A program made the position numbers and the translations under genes. A stretch of 64,000 bases of DNA from a candidate division FCPU426 bacterium (GTDB lineage: Bacteria; Oederibacteriota; Muellerivitia; Muellerivitales; Muellerivitaceae): assembly GCA_963771075.1 (NCBI GenBank), contig CAVYSE010000028.1, positions 320,001 to 384,000 on the forward strand, in the 5' to 3' direction. Positions within the stretch are counted from its first letter, which is position 1, and every line of letters starts with the position of its first letter. Positions 49,045 to 60,067 of the stretch are shown in pieces. The notes beneath the pieces are model-generated. The model was not told the origin of the DNA. It made no database searches and saw only the letters and a program-made list of their open reading frames with translations.

Positions 49045-51361
49045 TCATTTGTTCTTGAGAATTTTTCTCGCGTAGGCGGCCTGGCCAAGGGCCAAACCCC
49101 CGTCGTTGGGGGGCACCTGCTGGTGCCAATAGGGGGTGAAACCCTCTTCTTTCAGGCGCCGGATGGCGCCCTCGGCCAGATACCGGTTCTGGAAACAGCC
49201 CCCGCTTAAAAGCACCTGGGTGCAACCTTCCCGCTTGGCCGCATCCACCAGGCATTCGATGAGGGCATTATGAAATTTGCGGGAAATGATCCCGGCGGGT
49301 TCTTCGCTCCTCAAGTCCGATCAGGATCTCCTTCATCATCGGTTCCCAGTCGAGGATAAATCCAGCTCCCTGCAGAGCAATAAGGGAAAGGGATAGCGTT
49401 CCTTGGTATCGGCCCTGGAGAGCGCGAATTCCAGGCGTCATGGCCGCGTCGCCCTCGAACCGGCTCTTTTGGCATAACCCGGCCAGGGAGGAAACCGCGT
49501 CAAACAACCGCCCCATGCTGGAGGTTCGTCGGCGTGGCCGGGTTATTCAAGAGGTTGCTTGAGCACCGACAGTTCGGCGGGCTCAAAGGCCGACAACGAG
49601 GGGAATGTCGATCCAGGTGAAGATTTCGTCCCCCTCCATCTCATAGAGAATCCCCAAGGCGCAACGCCTGGGTTCTTTGGCATGCCTGGTCCCCCCCGGT
49701 CAGGGGAAAGGTCCGCTGGTGGCCCACCCGCTCATCCTTATCACCCAGCCGGAAAAATTCCCCGCCCCAGATGGTCTGGTCCTCCCCCAGGCCCGTGCCG
49801 TCCCAGGCCGCGCCGAAAGCGGCGCCGTCCACGTGGTTTTCCGCCGCGCAGGCGTAAAGATGCGCCAGGTGGTGCTGGACCTTGATGACCGGCAAAGCCC
49901 CACTCGCATCCCTTGCGGGTCGAGGGGTAATCTGGGTGCAGGTCCACCGCCACCGCTACGGGGTCCGCCTCATAAAGCTAGGAAGGTCGAGAGGGATTGC
50001 TCGAAGGCTTCCATGGAAGGCAGGGTTCCCAGGTCGCCCAAGTGCTGGCTCAAGAAAACCTTGTCGTCCTTGGCCAGGCCTACCGTGTTCTTGAGAAAGG
50101 CCCCGAAGGCCAGGACCGATTCCCCCTTTTCTTTCATTTGGACCGGAAGGGGCGCGTAACCCCGGGCCCGGCGCAAAACCTGGGGCTGGCCGCCTAACAA
50201 CCGGGTAACCGAATCGTCCATGGGCCGGGCGATGGGGCGGTTGTGGACGAGGAAAAGGTCGGCCAAACCCCTCAAGCGTTCCAGCGCCTCTTTTTCCTCG
50301 TAACAAATCGGCTCTTCGGACAGGTTGCCGCTGGTGGCCACCACGGGAAAGCCCAGGTCCCGCATCAAGAGATGGTGCAGGGGGGTTGTGGGAAGCATGA
50401 CGCCCAATTGGGGATTGCCCGGCGCCAACCCTTCCGCAAACCACTCAACCCCTTCCTTCTTATAGACCAACACGATGGGTGCCGCGGAGGAGAGCGAGGA
50501 GTGATTCCTCTCCCCGGGTGATACCACACAGACTTTTTTGATCTCCTCCATCGAGGGAAACATGACCGCGAAGGGTTTGGCCTCCCGGTGCTTGCGGATG
50601 CGCAAAAGATCCACCGCCTCATGATTGCGGGCGTCGCAAACCAGTTGGAACCCGCCCAGCCCTTTCAGGGCGATGATCTGGCTTTTGCGGATGGCTTCCT
50701 CCGCCAACCGAAGCGCGTCTTCTTCTTTCGCCAATACAGCCCCCGATTGGGGGTCCCAGGCTTCCAGTTGGGGGCCGCATTGGGGGCAAGCCGTGGGCTG
50801 GGCGTGGAAACGCCGGTCGGCGGGATCTTTGTATTCTTTTTTGCATTTCGGGCATAGCGCGAATGCCCTCATGGTGGTGTGGGGCCGGTCGTAGGGGAGC
50901 TTCTCGATGATGGAAAAACGGGGCCCGCAGTGGGTGCAGTTGGTGAAGGGGTAGCGGTAGCGGCGGTCGGAGGGGTTGAGGATTTCCGCCACGCAATCCG
51001 GACAGGCCGCCAGGTCAGGCAGGACGAGCACAGTCTTGTCGCCCGCTGAGTCGCTTTCCCTGATCTCAAAATGCCCATAGCCCTTGGGCGGGAAGAACTC
51101 CACCTTCAGGTCATCGATTCGGGCTTGGGCGGGCTTTTCGTCCCGCAGGCGCTTCAAAAATGGGACGAGATCGGAAGAAAGGCCCTCCACCTCCGCTTCC
51201 ACCCCTGCGGCACCGTTCAGGACATAGCCCTTAAGTGAATGTTCCTTCGCCAGGCGGTACACGAAAGGGCGGAAGCCCACGCCCTGGACCACCCCGCTCA
51301 CCCGCACCTTCACCCGGGACAGGGGGAGGGAGGACGGATCGCTGTTGTTTTTCGCGTTCAT
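49045..51361 (-). CDS. hypF: carbamoyltransferase HypF with multiple frameshifts in the 3' 40%
   Basis: VQGVGFRP, four CxxC, KGLGGF, QHHLAH, WDGTG, MGRLFDA, SGGCFQN and NDGGLALGQ spread across several frames. Confidence 0.92.
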
Positions 51362-51380
51362 GGAAGATCTTATTCTTTCA

Positions 51381-51404
51381 CCTTCTCCCCTGGAGGGAGA
51401 GGGT
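51381..51404. repeat. solo copy of the CCTTCTCCC..GGGAGAGGG palindrome
   Basis: CCTTCTCCC-CTGGA-GGGAGAGGGT, intergenic. Confidence 0.55.
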
Positions 51405-51423
51405 TCACTCTTTTACATCCTGT

Positions 51424-51849
51424 TCAGCCCTTAATCCACTCCAAAACCGCCTCGACCGCCTCATCCAGGGCCTGGAGGGTGACAGGGGAGAACCTTTCGG
51501 TGAAATCGAATTGGCGGGCCGGGACCCGGCAAAGGTAAAGACGGGGGGTGGAACCGTAAAGGATGCCCGAGAGCTCGAGCAGGGCTTCGGGTGAAAGGTG
51601 GTGGGTGGAGGCGGAGGCATTCGCTTTCGGGTCTATTTTTTCCACAAGTACCCTGTCACCCTGTGGGTCGGCATCGACAAGGAGGACCCGCTCAAAAGAG
51701 CCCCATTCCTCGGCCAGTTCCAGGTTGAGCTGCTGGGCGGTGCGTGTTTCCACGCCCGGGATCTCGCGTTTTTCCAGCCTGCGGGCCACTTCCCAGCCTG
51801 CCCCGTCGTCGCCCCGGGTGGGGTTGCCGTAACCCAAAACCAGAATCAT
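51424..51849 (-). CDS. hoxW: hydrogenase maturation protease (HoxW-like)
   Basis: LGYGNP.RGDDG.G, VDA, STHH; immediately downstream of hoxH. Confidence 0.8.
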   Translation of the reverse strand: MILVLGYGNPTRGDDGAGWEVARRLEKREIPGVETRTAQQLNLELAEEWGSFERVLLVDADPQGDRVLVEKIDPKANASASTHHLSPEALLELSGILYGSTPRLYLCRVPARQFDFTERFSPVTLQALDEAVEAVLEWIKG

Positions 51850-51865
51850 TTAAATTCCAATCTGT

Positions 51866-51980
51866 AACCACAGATTGCTTCGCAATCACAGAGGCACAGT
51901 AAAAAAGGAATATTTTAGGTTTAAAAAATCCAAAAGCCTTAACCGTGTCTCTGTGGCCCCAAAGGGGCCCGTGGTGAAAA
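51866..51980. repeat. 9-nt-periodic inverted-repeat element with extra hairpins in its arms
   Basis: ACCACA-GATTGCTTCGCAATC-ACAGAGGCACAG ... CCGTGTCTCTGT-GGCCCC-AAAA-GGGGCC-CGTGGTGAA. Confidence 0.65.
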
Positions 51981-52000
51981 CTTTTTTATCTTTGAGATTC

Positions 52001-53434
52001 TTAATCCCTCTCCACGCTCCGGACCAGGTTCCCTCGGTGGTCGTGGATTTTCAAGACCATGGGCATCGATCCCAGGGCGTGGGTGGAGCAGGAAAGGCAG
52101 GGATCGTAACAGCGGATGGCCGCCTCGACCCGGTTCAGCGCCCCTTCCTTCACGTCCGCCCCCTGGATGTACTGGCGGGCCACTTCCAGGACCGACTTGT
52201 TCATGGAGGGATTGTTTTGCCCCGTGGCGATGAGAAGGTTCACCTTCAGGAGGGCGCCCGCGGCGTCCACCTTGTAATGATGGAAGAGCGTGCCCCTCGG
52301 GGCCTCGCAGCAGCCGACGCCCTCCAGCTGGTTGCGGGAGGCCACCACGTGGACATCGGTGGAAAGGATTTCCTTGTCGGTGAGAAGCCGCTCGATTTCC
52401 TCGACGCAGGAGAGGGTCTCAATAAGCCTGGCGTAGTGGTAGAAGAAGGTGCCGTTGACCGCCCGGCCCTTGCCCAGGGCCTTGAAGGCCTCGAACTCCA
52501 CCTGTGCCTTGGGGGTTTTCATTTTGGACGCCACGTTCAGACGCGAAAGCGGCCCCACCCGGTAGACGCCCTCCGGATAGCCCATGGGCTTGTAGTAGGG
52601 GTACTTGAGGTATGAGAAATCCACCGGCATCTCGGCGATGTAGGCTAGGTAATCGGCCGGGTTCACCTGGTCGATCACGATCTTGCCGTCCGGCCCCACC
52701 CAGCGCAGTTTGCCGTCGTAAAGCTCGTGGGAACCGTCGGCCGTGACCAGTCCCATGTGCAGGGTGTCGCTGGGCGCGAAGCTTTCCACCTCTTCCCGAT
52801 GGGACGCCATGTAGTCCTTGAGCAATTTCAGGCCGATCTGGGAGGTTTCCAAGGCCTCGGGAATCCACTTGAGGAGGGTTTCCCGGCTCTCGGGCCTCAT
52901 GGGATTGGTCATGCCCCCGGCGATGACCCCGTCGGTGTGGATCTTCTTACCTGTCAGGTGCTGGGAAATTTCCTGTCCGAACTTGCGAAGCCGGATGCCC
53001 TTCCTGGCCACATCGGGAAACTTGGCGGCCAGGCCCACCACGTTGCGCAGGGCCGGGTCCGAATCCCACCCCAGCAAGAAGTCGGGGGCGGAAAGGTAGA
53101 AGAAGGAAAGCGCGTGCGAGGACAACTGCTGGCCCAGCTGGATCAAGCGGCGCAGCTTGACCGCCGCCTCGGGAATGGCCACCCGCTGGATGGAGTCGCA
53201 GGCCTTGGCGCTGGCGATGGAATGGGATACCGGGCAGATGCCGCAGATGCGCGGAGTGATGACGGGCATCTCGGTGTAGAGGCGCCCCTCGCAGAATTTC
53301 TCGAAGCCTCGGAATTCGTCCACATGAAACTGGGCGTCGGAAACTCCGCCCTTGTCGTCGAGAAAGAGGGAGATTTTCGCGTGGCCCTCAATGCGGGTCA
53401 CGGGGTTGATCTTGATGATCTTGTTCTCAGCCAT
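52001..53434 (-). CDS. hoxH: bidirectional NiFe hydrogenase large subunit (group 3d-type)
   Basis: [33 protein letters not shown] plus C-terminal extension. Confidence 0.93.
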   Translation of the reverse strand: MAENKIIKINPVTRIEGHAKISLFLDDKGGVSDAQFHVDEFRGFEKFCEGRLYTEMPVITPRICGICPVSHSIASAKACDSIQRVAIPEAAVKLRRLIQLGQQLSSHALSFFYLSAPDFLLGWDSDPALRNVVGLAAKFPDVARKGIRLRKFGQEISQHLTGKKIHTDGVIAGGMTNPMRPESRETLLKWIPEALETSQIGLKLLKDYMASHREEVESFAPSDTLHMGLVTADGSHELYDGKLRWVGPDGKIVIDQVNPADYLAYIAEMPVDFSYLKYPYYKPMGYPEGVYRVGPLSRLNVASKMKTPKAQVEFEAFKALGKGRAVNGTFFYHYARLIETLSCVEEIERLLTDKEILSTDVHVVASRNQLEGVGCCEAPRGTLFHHYKVDAAGALLKVNLLIATGQNNPSMNKSVLEVARQYIQGADVKEGALNRVEAAIRCYDPCLSCSTHALGSMPMVLKIHDHRGNLVRSVERD

Positions 53435-53972
53435 ATGCGGCCTTCCTTTCGTTGGGGAGGTCGGGCACCTTGTCGGTGAGGAGCGCGGAAAGGACCTCGA
53501 AAATCAGGTCCGCGTCGGGGGGACAGCCGGGCAGGTAATAATCCACCTTCACCACCTGGTGCAGGGGCATCACCTTGGGGAGCAGGGGCGAAACCCCCAG
53601 GCCGTCGCCCGGGGGAAGCTTGCCGGGGACGTTCGATTCGGCCTCCACATAAGCCCGCTTGAGACACACGTCGGTGCCGACCTGGTTGCGCAGGGAGGGC
53701 ACGTTGGAAGTCACGGCGCAATCGCCGAAGGCCACCAGAACCTTGCAGTTTTCCCGGATATGCTTGATCTCCGCCAGGTGTTCCTCGCTGGAAACGGCGC
53801 CTTCCACCAGCGCGATGTCCACGGGGGGAAAATCCTTCCCGTCCACCACCGGGCTCTTCACGATGTCGGCCAGTTTCACTACTTCCAGGAGCCGCTCGTC
53901 GATGTCCAAAAGGGACATGTGGCAGCCCGAGCATCCGCCCAGCCAGACCGTTCCGATCTTTTTCTTGCTCAT
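53427..53972 (-). CDS. hoxY: hydrogenase small subunit HoxY
   Basis: [27 protein letters not shown] overlap with hoxU. Confidence 0.92.
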   Translation of the reverse strand: MSKKKIGTVWLGGCSGCHMSLLDIDERLLEVVKLADIVKSPVVDGKDFPPVDIALVEGAVSSEEHLAEIKHIRENCKVLVAFGDCAVTSNVPSLRNQVGTDVCLKRAYVEAESNVPGKLPPGDGLGVSPLLPKVMPLHQVVKVDYYLPGCPPDADLIFEVLSALLTDKVPDLPNERKAAYG

Positions 53973-54676
53973 AGCTCTTTCCTCTTTTCGACCAGTTCGG
54001 TGACCAGGTTGGGGAACCGAAGCAACTTGCCCTGCGAGGCTTCCTTGGGCCAGATGGCGCCCACCGGGCAGATCATGCTGCATTTGCCGCACCAGGTGCA
54101 GGCGCTGGTGGAGCCCCAGGGGTCGTGGAATCCCGCGACAATGCGCGAATCGGCCCCCCGCCCCATGACGTCCCATACGTGGGCGCCCTCCACCTCGTCG
54201 CAGACCCTGACGCATCGGGTGCACATCACGCACCGGTTGTGGTCAATGACGAAGCGGTTGTGGGAAAGGTCGATTTCCGCCTTGGGCTGGAGGTAGGGGA
54301 ACCGCACGTGCTCCATGCCGACCGATTTAGCCAGGTCCTGGAGTTCGCAGTTGTTGTTGGCCACGCAGATGGCGCAGATGTGGTTGCGCTCGGAGAAGAA
54401 AAGCTCCACGATCATCTTGCGGTATTTCTGGAGCTTCTCCGTGTTCGTGTGCACCTTCTGGTTGGGATGAACCTGGGTCACACAGGTGGGCAGGAGCTTG
54501 TTGACTCCTTCCACCTCCACCAGGCAGAGGCGGCAGGCGCCCACCTCGGAGAGCCCGTCGAAATGGCAGAGGGTCGGGATGAAGATGTCGTTCTTGCGGC
54601 AGGCTTCCAGCAATGTCTGCCCCGGATAGGCCTGGACCTCGCGGCCGTCGATGGTGAGGGTGAATGGCTCGGCCAT
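53969..54676 (-). CDS. hoxU: diaphorase Fe-S subunit HoxU
   Basis: IPTLCH...[21 protein letters not shown], two CxxCxxC clusters; own RBS GGAGGT. Confidence 0.92.
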   Translation of the reverse strand: MAEPFTLTIDGREVQAYPGQTLLEACRKNDIFIPTLCHFDGLSEVGACRLCLVEVEGVNKLLPTCVTQVHPNQKVHTNTEKLQKYRKMIVELFFSERNHICAICVANNNCELQDLAKSVGMEHVRFPYLQPKAEIDLSHNRFVIDHNRCVMCTRCVRVCDEVEGAHVWDVMGRGADSRIVAGFHDPWGSTSACTWCGKCSMICPVGAIWPKEASQGKLLRFPNLVTELVEKRKEL

Positions 54677-56363
54677 TAGCGCACCTCCGCGGGCGACGGG
54701 AGCGAAGTTGCAGACCCCCGCCGGACAGCGTTTTTCTTTTACGTGCGCCTCATATTCATCCCGGAAGTACCGCAGGGTCGAGAGAAGCGGGTTCGGGGCG
54801 CTTTGGCCCAGACCGCAAAGACTGGTTTCCCGAACCATGGGCGCCAGGGATTCCAGGAGCTCCAGGTCGTACTCGGTGGCGGTGCCCTTGCAGATCTTGG
54901 TCAGAAGGTCGTACATCTGCTTGGTGCCCACCCGGCAGGGCACGCACTTGCCACACGATTCGTCCATGCAGAATTCCATGAAGAACCGCGCCACGTCGGG
55001 CATGCAGGAACCCTCGTCCATGACGATCAGCCCGCCGGACCCCATGATGGAGCCCAGCTTCTGGAGCGCGTCGTAATCGAGCGGGGTATCGAGATGCTGT
55101 TCGGGGATGCAGCCACCCGAGGGACCGCCCGTCTGGGCGGCCTTGAACTTCTTTCCGTTGGGGATGCCCCCGCCGATGTCGAAAATGACCTGCCGCAGAG
55201 TGGTGCCGATGGGCACCTCCACCAGGCCAGTGTTCTGGATGCAGCCCGAGAGGGCGAAAACCTTGGTGCCCGTGCTCTTGGGGGTGCCGATGCCCGCATA
55301 CCATTCCCCGCCCCTTTCCACGATGGGGGGAATATTGGCGAAGGTTTCCACGTTATTGATGATGGTGGGCATGCCCCAGAGCCCTTTTTCCGCCGGGTAG
55401 GGCGGCCGGGGATGGGGGGTTCCCCTCTAGCCCTCAATGGAGGCCAGGAGGGCGGTTTCCTCGCCGCAGACGAAAGCGCCGGCCCCGATTCGGATTTCCA
55501 CATCAAAGGAGAAGCTGGTTTCCAGGATGTTCTTGCCCACCAGGCCCAGTTTTTTGGCCTTCTGGATGGCGGTTCCGAAACGCTGGATGGCCAGGGGATA
55601 TTCGCCCCGGATATAGGCGAAACCCCGGTTGGCGCCGATGGCGTAGCCCCCTAAGATCATGCCCTCCAGCACCCGGTGGGGGTCGCTTTCCAAGACCGAG
55701 CGGTCCATAAAGGCGCCCGGATCGCCCTCATCGCCGTTGCATACCAGGTATTTCTGCTCTCCCACGTATTTGTACGACATCTCCCATTTGTTGCCGGTGG
55801 GGAAACCGGCCCCTCCCCGGCCCCTGAGGCCGCTTTGCTTGACCTCGCCGATGACCTCCTCGGGAGTCATCTGGGTCAGGGCCTTTTGCAGGGCCTTGTA
55901 GCCCCCGATGGCGATGTAATCTTCGATACTGTCGGGGTCGATCTTCGAGCAGTTTTCCAGGACGATCATTTGCTGGTTCTTGTAGAAGGAATGCTCGCTG
56001 GATTTCATCGTGGGCGAGGCGTCGGTGTCGGAAAAGATCACCATGTGGGGTACGGGCTTATGGTTCTTCACGTGGTCGGCGAGGATGGGTTTGAGGTTTT
56101 CAGCCGTGACCTTCTGGTAGATCACGTCGTCGGCCTCGATTTCACCAGCGGACCCTTGGCGCAGGCGCCCATGCATCCCACCGCTTTCACTTCCACCCCC
56201 GAGCCAGGGTTCAGGTGGCGGACTTCCTCTTTCATCTTCTCGAGCACCTTCTGGGCGCCCGAGGAAATACAGCTGCCCCCCATGCAAACGCAGACCTTCT
56301 TGGTCTGAGGGCGCTCTCGGCGTGCAGCTTCTCGCGCAGGTTGTAGAGGGCGTGGTTTTTCAT
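54676..56363 (-). CDS. hoxF: diaphorase flavoprotein HoxF (NuoF-like), with frameshifts and one in-frame TAG
   Basis: [55 protein letters not shown]; lesions at about 56310, 56143, 55427-55429 and 54690. Confidence 0.88.
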
Positions 56364-56876
56364 ATCTCGGCCCCCAGTCTTTCCTGGATCTTGGCGACAA
56401 TTTCCGTCGGGATTCACCCGGGGAAGCACCTCGCCGTCATAGACCACCGCGGGGGCCAGCCCGCAGGAACCGATGCATCGCGCGGTCTGAAGCCCCAGCT
56501 TGTTGTCCTTGGTGACGTCGCCCGGCTTGATGTGGAAACCCTTGTCCATCTCCTCCAGAAAGGCATGGGCGCCCTTCACGTAGCAGGCCGTTCCCGTGCA
56601 AACCACGCAGCTATGCTCACCCCGAGGCTTAAGGGTGAAGAAATGGTAGAAGGTCACGACCCCGTAGACGCGGGAGGCGGGAAGGCGCAGTTCCTTGGCG
56701 ATGAGCTCGATGACGGGCTTCGGCAGGTAGCCGAAAAGTTCCTGGACCGAGTGGAGCACCTGGATGAGGGCGTCGTGCCTTTTGCCGTGGGTATTCATGA
56801 TGGTTATGATCCGCCGGACCCTCGGGTCGTTTTTGGGGATGGCCGGGGCGGCCGGCGGCGGATTCAGGGAAGACAT
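56360..56876 (-). CDS. hoxE: diaphorase [2Fe-2S] subunit HoxE (NuoE-like), frameshift at about 56408
   Basis: YGVVTFY, CTGTACYVKG, CIGSCGLAP; corrected 3' end gives an ATGA overlap with hoxF. Confidence 0.88.
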
Positions 56877-56940
56877 GGTTTTTCTCCAATCCAATCTAGA
56901 GCTTTACGCACATGCAAATTACAGGGCCTGGACGAAAAAA

Positions 56941-56960
56941 TTTATGATACCACTCATAAA
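56941..56960. promoter_or_regulatory. palindromic candidate operator upstream of hoxE
   Basis: TTTATGA-TACCAC-TCATAAA. Confidence 0.6.
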
Positions 56961-57308
56961 AAATATTCTAAATGAAGGATCTCCCACTAAACGATAAGGG
57001 CGAGCCAAAACAACCCTCAAGTCAAGAATCGAACCCTGTCCCGGGAGTATCCACAAACCGAAGGGAAGAACTTAGGCAAATACAAATGCGCTCTTTCCCA
57101 ATTCGAGTAAGTGACCCTTATTCCCGCCCGCAGAAAATTTTCGGGCTTCCTTGATTCATCAAAATCTTTTTCCCCCGCCGAAATATTTATCATCCCCTTT
57201 GGGTTGCCTCAGCCCATTTGCTAAATAACATTTTCATGAATGGGGGGCCTGGCACCAGCTATTGGAACACAAAAACCTTACCCGGATTGCATAAGTGTTC
57301 AAGATTTG

Positions 57309-57350
57309 TATGACATGGCTCATAGGATTAAAACTATGAGTTCGCTCATA
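57309..57350. promoter_or_regulatory. two tandem candidate operators upstream of the sulfhydrogenase-type operon
   Basis: TATGA-CATGGC-TCATA (57309-57324) and TATGA-GTTCGC-TCATA (57335-57350). Confidence 0.6.
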
Positions 57351-57429
57351 CGATTTTCGACAAGAGCGGTCCATAAACTGTCATCGAGTGATTCGTCTTT
57401 ACATCTTGTCCGGTTCCTTGGAGGACCCA

Positions 57430-58452
57430 ATGACCGTCAAGCAACTTGATCCCGGATATCTCAATGGTTGGCTGGAAGGCCTGCTCCTCAACCAAACTCT
57501 CGTCGCGCCCGTTGAGAAAAACGGGCATTTCGCCTTCGAGGCCGTCAGTCGCGTGAGCGACATCCGCCTCGATTACGACGTGACCACGCTCCCCCCAAGA
57601 AATTCCTTCTGCCGCCCAAGGAAGTGCTGGTGACCTTCCACAACGGCGTCCCATTACCAGAGTGTCTTCCAGGCCGATCCTTTCATTCTCTTCGGCGTGC
57701 ATCCCTACGACGTGCTGGCCATCTCGCAGATGGACCAGGTTTTCAGCGGAAACCAGAAGGATGAGCACTACCTGGCCCGACGGGCGCAGTGTTCCATCGT
57801 GGCGCTGGACCCGCTCACCATCTCCCCCAACAATTTTTCCGCCTGCATGAACGCCGGGATGGTGAAGGAAGGCTGGGACGTGCTGCTTTCCAAGGTCGGG
57901 GACGTTTTTCTCGCCGAGGCCAAGACCGAAAAGGGCCTGGCCCTGATGCGCTATCTCGCGCCCACGCCCGCGGCCACGCCCGAGCAATTGGCGGCCCGTG
58001 AAAAGATGTGGGAGGCCAACCTGCAAACCCAGCAAAAGCACAAGCTCAAATGCGCCGCCGAGGACCTGCCCGACCTTTTGGGCCGCAATTACGACCATCC
58101 CCTTTGGCAGGAAAGGGCGAACCTCTGCTTTTCCTGCGGGGCCTGCAACATCGTCTGCCCCACCTGCTACTGCTTCGACGTGCAGGACGACGTGGACTGG
58201 AGCCTGAATTGCGGGACCCGCTGCCGGTCCTGGGACGGCTGCCTCTTGCGGGACTTCGCCACCGTGGCGGGGGGGCATAATTTCCGCAACCGTTCGGCGG
58301 AACGTTTCCGCCACCGTTTTTACCGGAAAGCGAAGTATATGCCTGAAAAAATGGGCGAACTGACCTGCGTGGGCTGCGGCCGATGTGTCAGCGCCTGCGT
58401 AGCGAAGATCTCGAATCCGGTCGAAGTCTACAACAAACTTTGGGGGGAATAA
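57430..58452 (+). CDS. sulfhydrogenase-type (group 3b) beta subunit, 4Fe-4S, two compensating frameshifts at about 57595 and 57650
   Basis: GGAGG RBS; CFSCGACNIVCPTCYCF, R.WDGC, CVGCGRC. Confidence 0.85.
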
Positions 58453-58454
58453 CC

Positions 58455-59315
58455 ATGGCCACCACCGCCGAGCAAAAACAGGAAACCCTGACGCCGCACG
58501 ATATTTACCTGCCCCAACCCGCCACCCTGACGCGGGTGGAAACCATGACCGCGGTCGACTCCTTTTTCGAGGTCCGCATGGACTCCGGGGCCGACCTGGG
58601 CCATATGCCCGGCCAATTCGTGGAGGTCTCCGTGACCGGCGTCGGCGAGGCGCCCATCTCGATCTCCTCCTCCCCGACCCGGCCCGGGACCTTTCAGATG
58701 GTGATCCGCCGCATCGGAAACGTCACCCAGGCGCTGCACCGCAAGAAAGCGGGGGATAAGATCGGCATCCGGGGACCTTTCGGCACGGTGTTTCCCGTGG
58801 ACACCGACATGAGGGGCAAGAACGTCCTCTTCGTCGGGGGCGGGATCGGGCTGGTGCCCCTGCGCTCCGCCATCCAGTACGTCCTGGACCGCCGGAAGGA
58901 TTACGGCCGGGTGATCATCCTGTCCGGGACCCGGTCCCCCGCGGACCGCCTCTTCCTGGAGGACCTGGAGGAATGGAAAAAACAACCCGACGTGATGGTC
59001 CTGGAAACAGTGGACCAGGCTTCCCCCGACTGGAAAGGCCATGTGGGAGTGATCACTTCCCTCTTCCCCATGGTCAAGCTCACCGGAGGGCCCTGGGCCT
59101 CCGTGATCTGCGGACCCCCGATCATGTACAAGTTCGTCATCAAGGAATTGAGGCACCTGCAGGTTCCCAACCAGAACATTTTCGTTTCCCTGGAGCGGCG
59201 AATGAAATGCGGGGTCGGCAAGTGCGGCCACTGCCAGATCAACGGACTCTACGTCTGCCAGGACGGGCCGGTATTCCGCTACAAGGAACTTTTTGACCTT
59301 CAGGAGGCCCTCTAA
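58455..59315 (+). CDS. group 3b gamma subunit (FAD/NAD(P)-binding, 2Fe-2S)
   Basis: PGQF, GEAPISISS, RGPFG, GGGIGLVP, CGPPIM, MKCGVGKCGHC. Confidence 0.9.
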   Translation: MATTAEQKQETLTPHDIYLPQPATLTRVETMTAVDSFFEVRMDSGADLGHMPGQFVEVSVTGVGEAPISISSSPTRPGTFQMVIRRIGNVTQALHRKKAGDKIGIRGPFGTVFPVDTDMRGKNVLFVGGGIGLVPLRSAIQYVLDRRKDYGRVIILSGTRSPADRLFLEDLEEWKKQPDVMVLETVDQASPDWKGHVGVITSLFPMVKLTGGPWASVICGPPIMYKFVIKELRHLQVPNQNIFVSLERRMKCGVGKCGHCQINGLYVCQDGPVFRYKELFDLQEAL

Positions 59316-60067
59316 TGGCTAAACCCAAAGTCGCCATATTCGATTTCGCCTGCTGCGAGGGTTGCCAGCTGCAGGTGGTCAACATGGAGGAGGCCCTGCT
59401 GGACCTCCTCAACGTGGTGGACGTGGTGGAATGGCGCGAGGCCATGAGCGAGCAAAGCGAGGTCTTCGATATCGCCCTCATCGAGGGTTCCATCACCCGC
59501 GCCCAGGACGAGGAAAAACTGCAGCGCATCCGGAAGAAGGCCGGCATCCTGGTCTCGCTCGGCGCCTGCGCCGTCTCCGGAGGCGTCCTGAACCTCAAAA
59601 ACCAGCGCTCCAACGAGGATGCGGGCCAGGCCGTTTACGGCGACCGTTTCCACATGCCCCACTTGCAGACCGAGAGCGTCAAGGCGGTGAAGGACGTGGT
59701 GAAGGTGGATTACGAAATCCGGGGCTGTCCCATCGACCGGAAGGAATTCAGCTACATCGTGCGGTGCCTGGCCCTGGGCCGGGAACCCTATGTTCCCAGC
59801 TATCCGGTCTGCGTGGAATGCCGCATCCGGGAAAACAGCTGCCTCTGGGAAAAAGGCGAGATCTGCCTGGGCCCCCTGAGCCGGGCCGGTTGCGACTCCA
59901 ACTGTCCCAGCAAGGGCGCCCCCTGCGTGGGGTGCCGGGGTTTTTCCGAGGACGCCAACCCGGCGGCCATGAGCACCATCCTGAACCTTTACGGGAAAAA
60001 ACCGCAAGACCTGGAAAGCCGCCTCGCCCTTTTCCTGAAACCCACCAAGGAGGCCGTCCATGCCTAA
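59315..60067 (+). CDS. group 3b NiFe hydrogenase small (delta) subunit
   Basis: CCEGCQ, GACA..GG, GCP, VC.EC, CLGP...AGC...CP...CVGCRG. Confidence 0.9.
   Translation: MAKPKVAIFDFACCEGCQLQVVNMEEALLDLLNVVDVVEWREAMSEQSEVFDIALIEGSITRAQDEEKLQRIRKKAGILVSLGACAVSGGVLNLKNQRSNEDAGQAVYGDRFHMPHLQTESVKAVKDVVKVDYEIRGCPIDRKEFSYIVRCLALGREPYVPSYPVCVECRIRENSCLWEKGEICLGPLSRAGCDSNCPSKGAPCVGCRGFSEDANPAAMSTILNLYGKKPQDLESRLALFLKPTKEAVHA

Noticed and set aside
53969..55372. HoxF-HoxU fusion ORF
   Set aside because: The junction reads GGAGGT-GCGC-TAATG, an RBS plus overlapping stop/start; removing one C near 54690 restores two genes, so it is likely an indel artefact
55427..55429. In-frame TAG in hoxF as pyrrolysine or stop-codon recoding
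   Set aside because: One base from AAG in the usual EGKRG motif, in an error-rich region; TAG ends hypA and hypD normally; no pyl genes are seen
56232..56894. 220-aa HoxE with a long tail
   Set aside because: The tail results from a frameshift reading into the hoxF start
57250..57267. Sigma-54 promoter (TGGCAC...)
   Set aside because: No GC at the required spacing from the GG
57308..57351. NikR operator
   Set aside because: GTATGA and TCATAC half-sites are present but 32 nt apart rather than 16; the N6 pairing fits better
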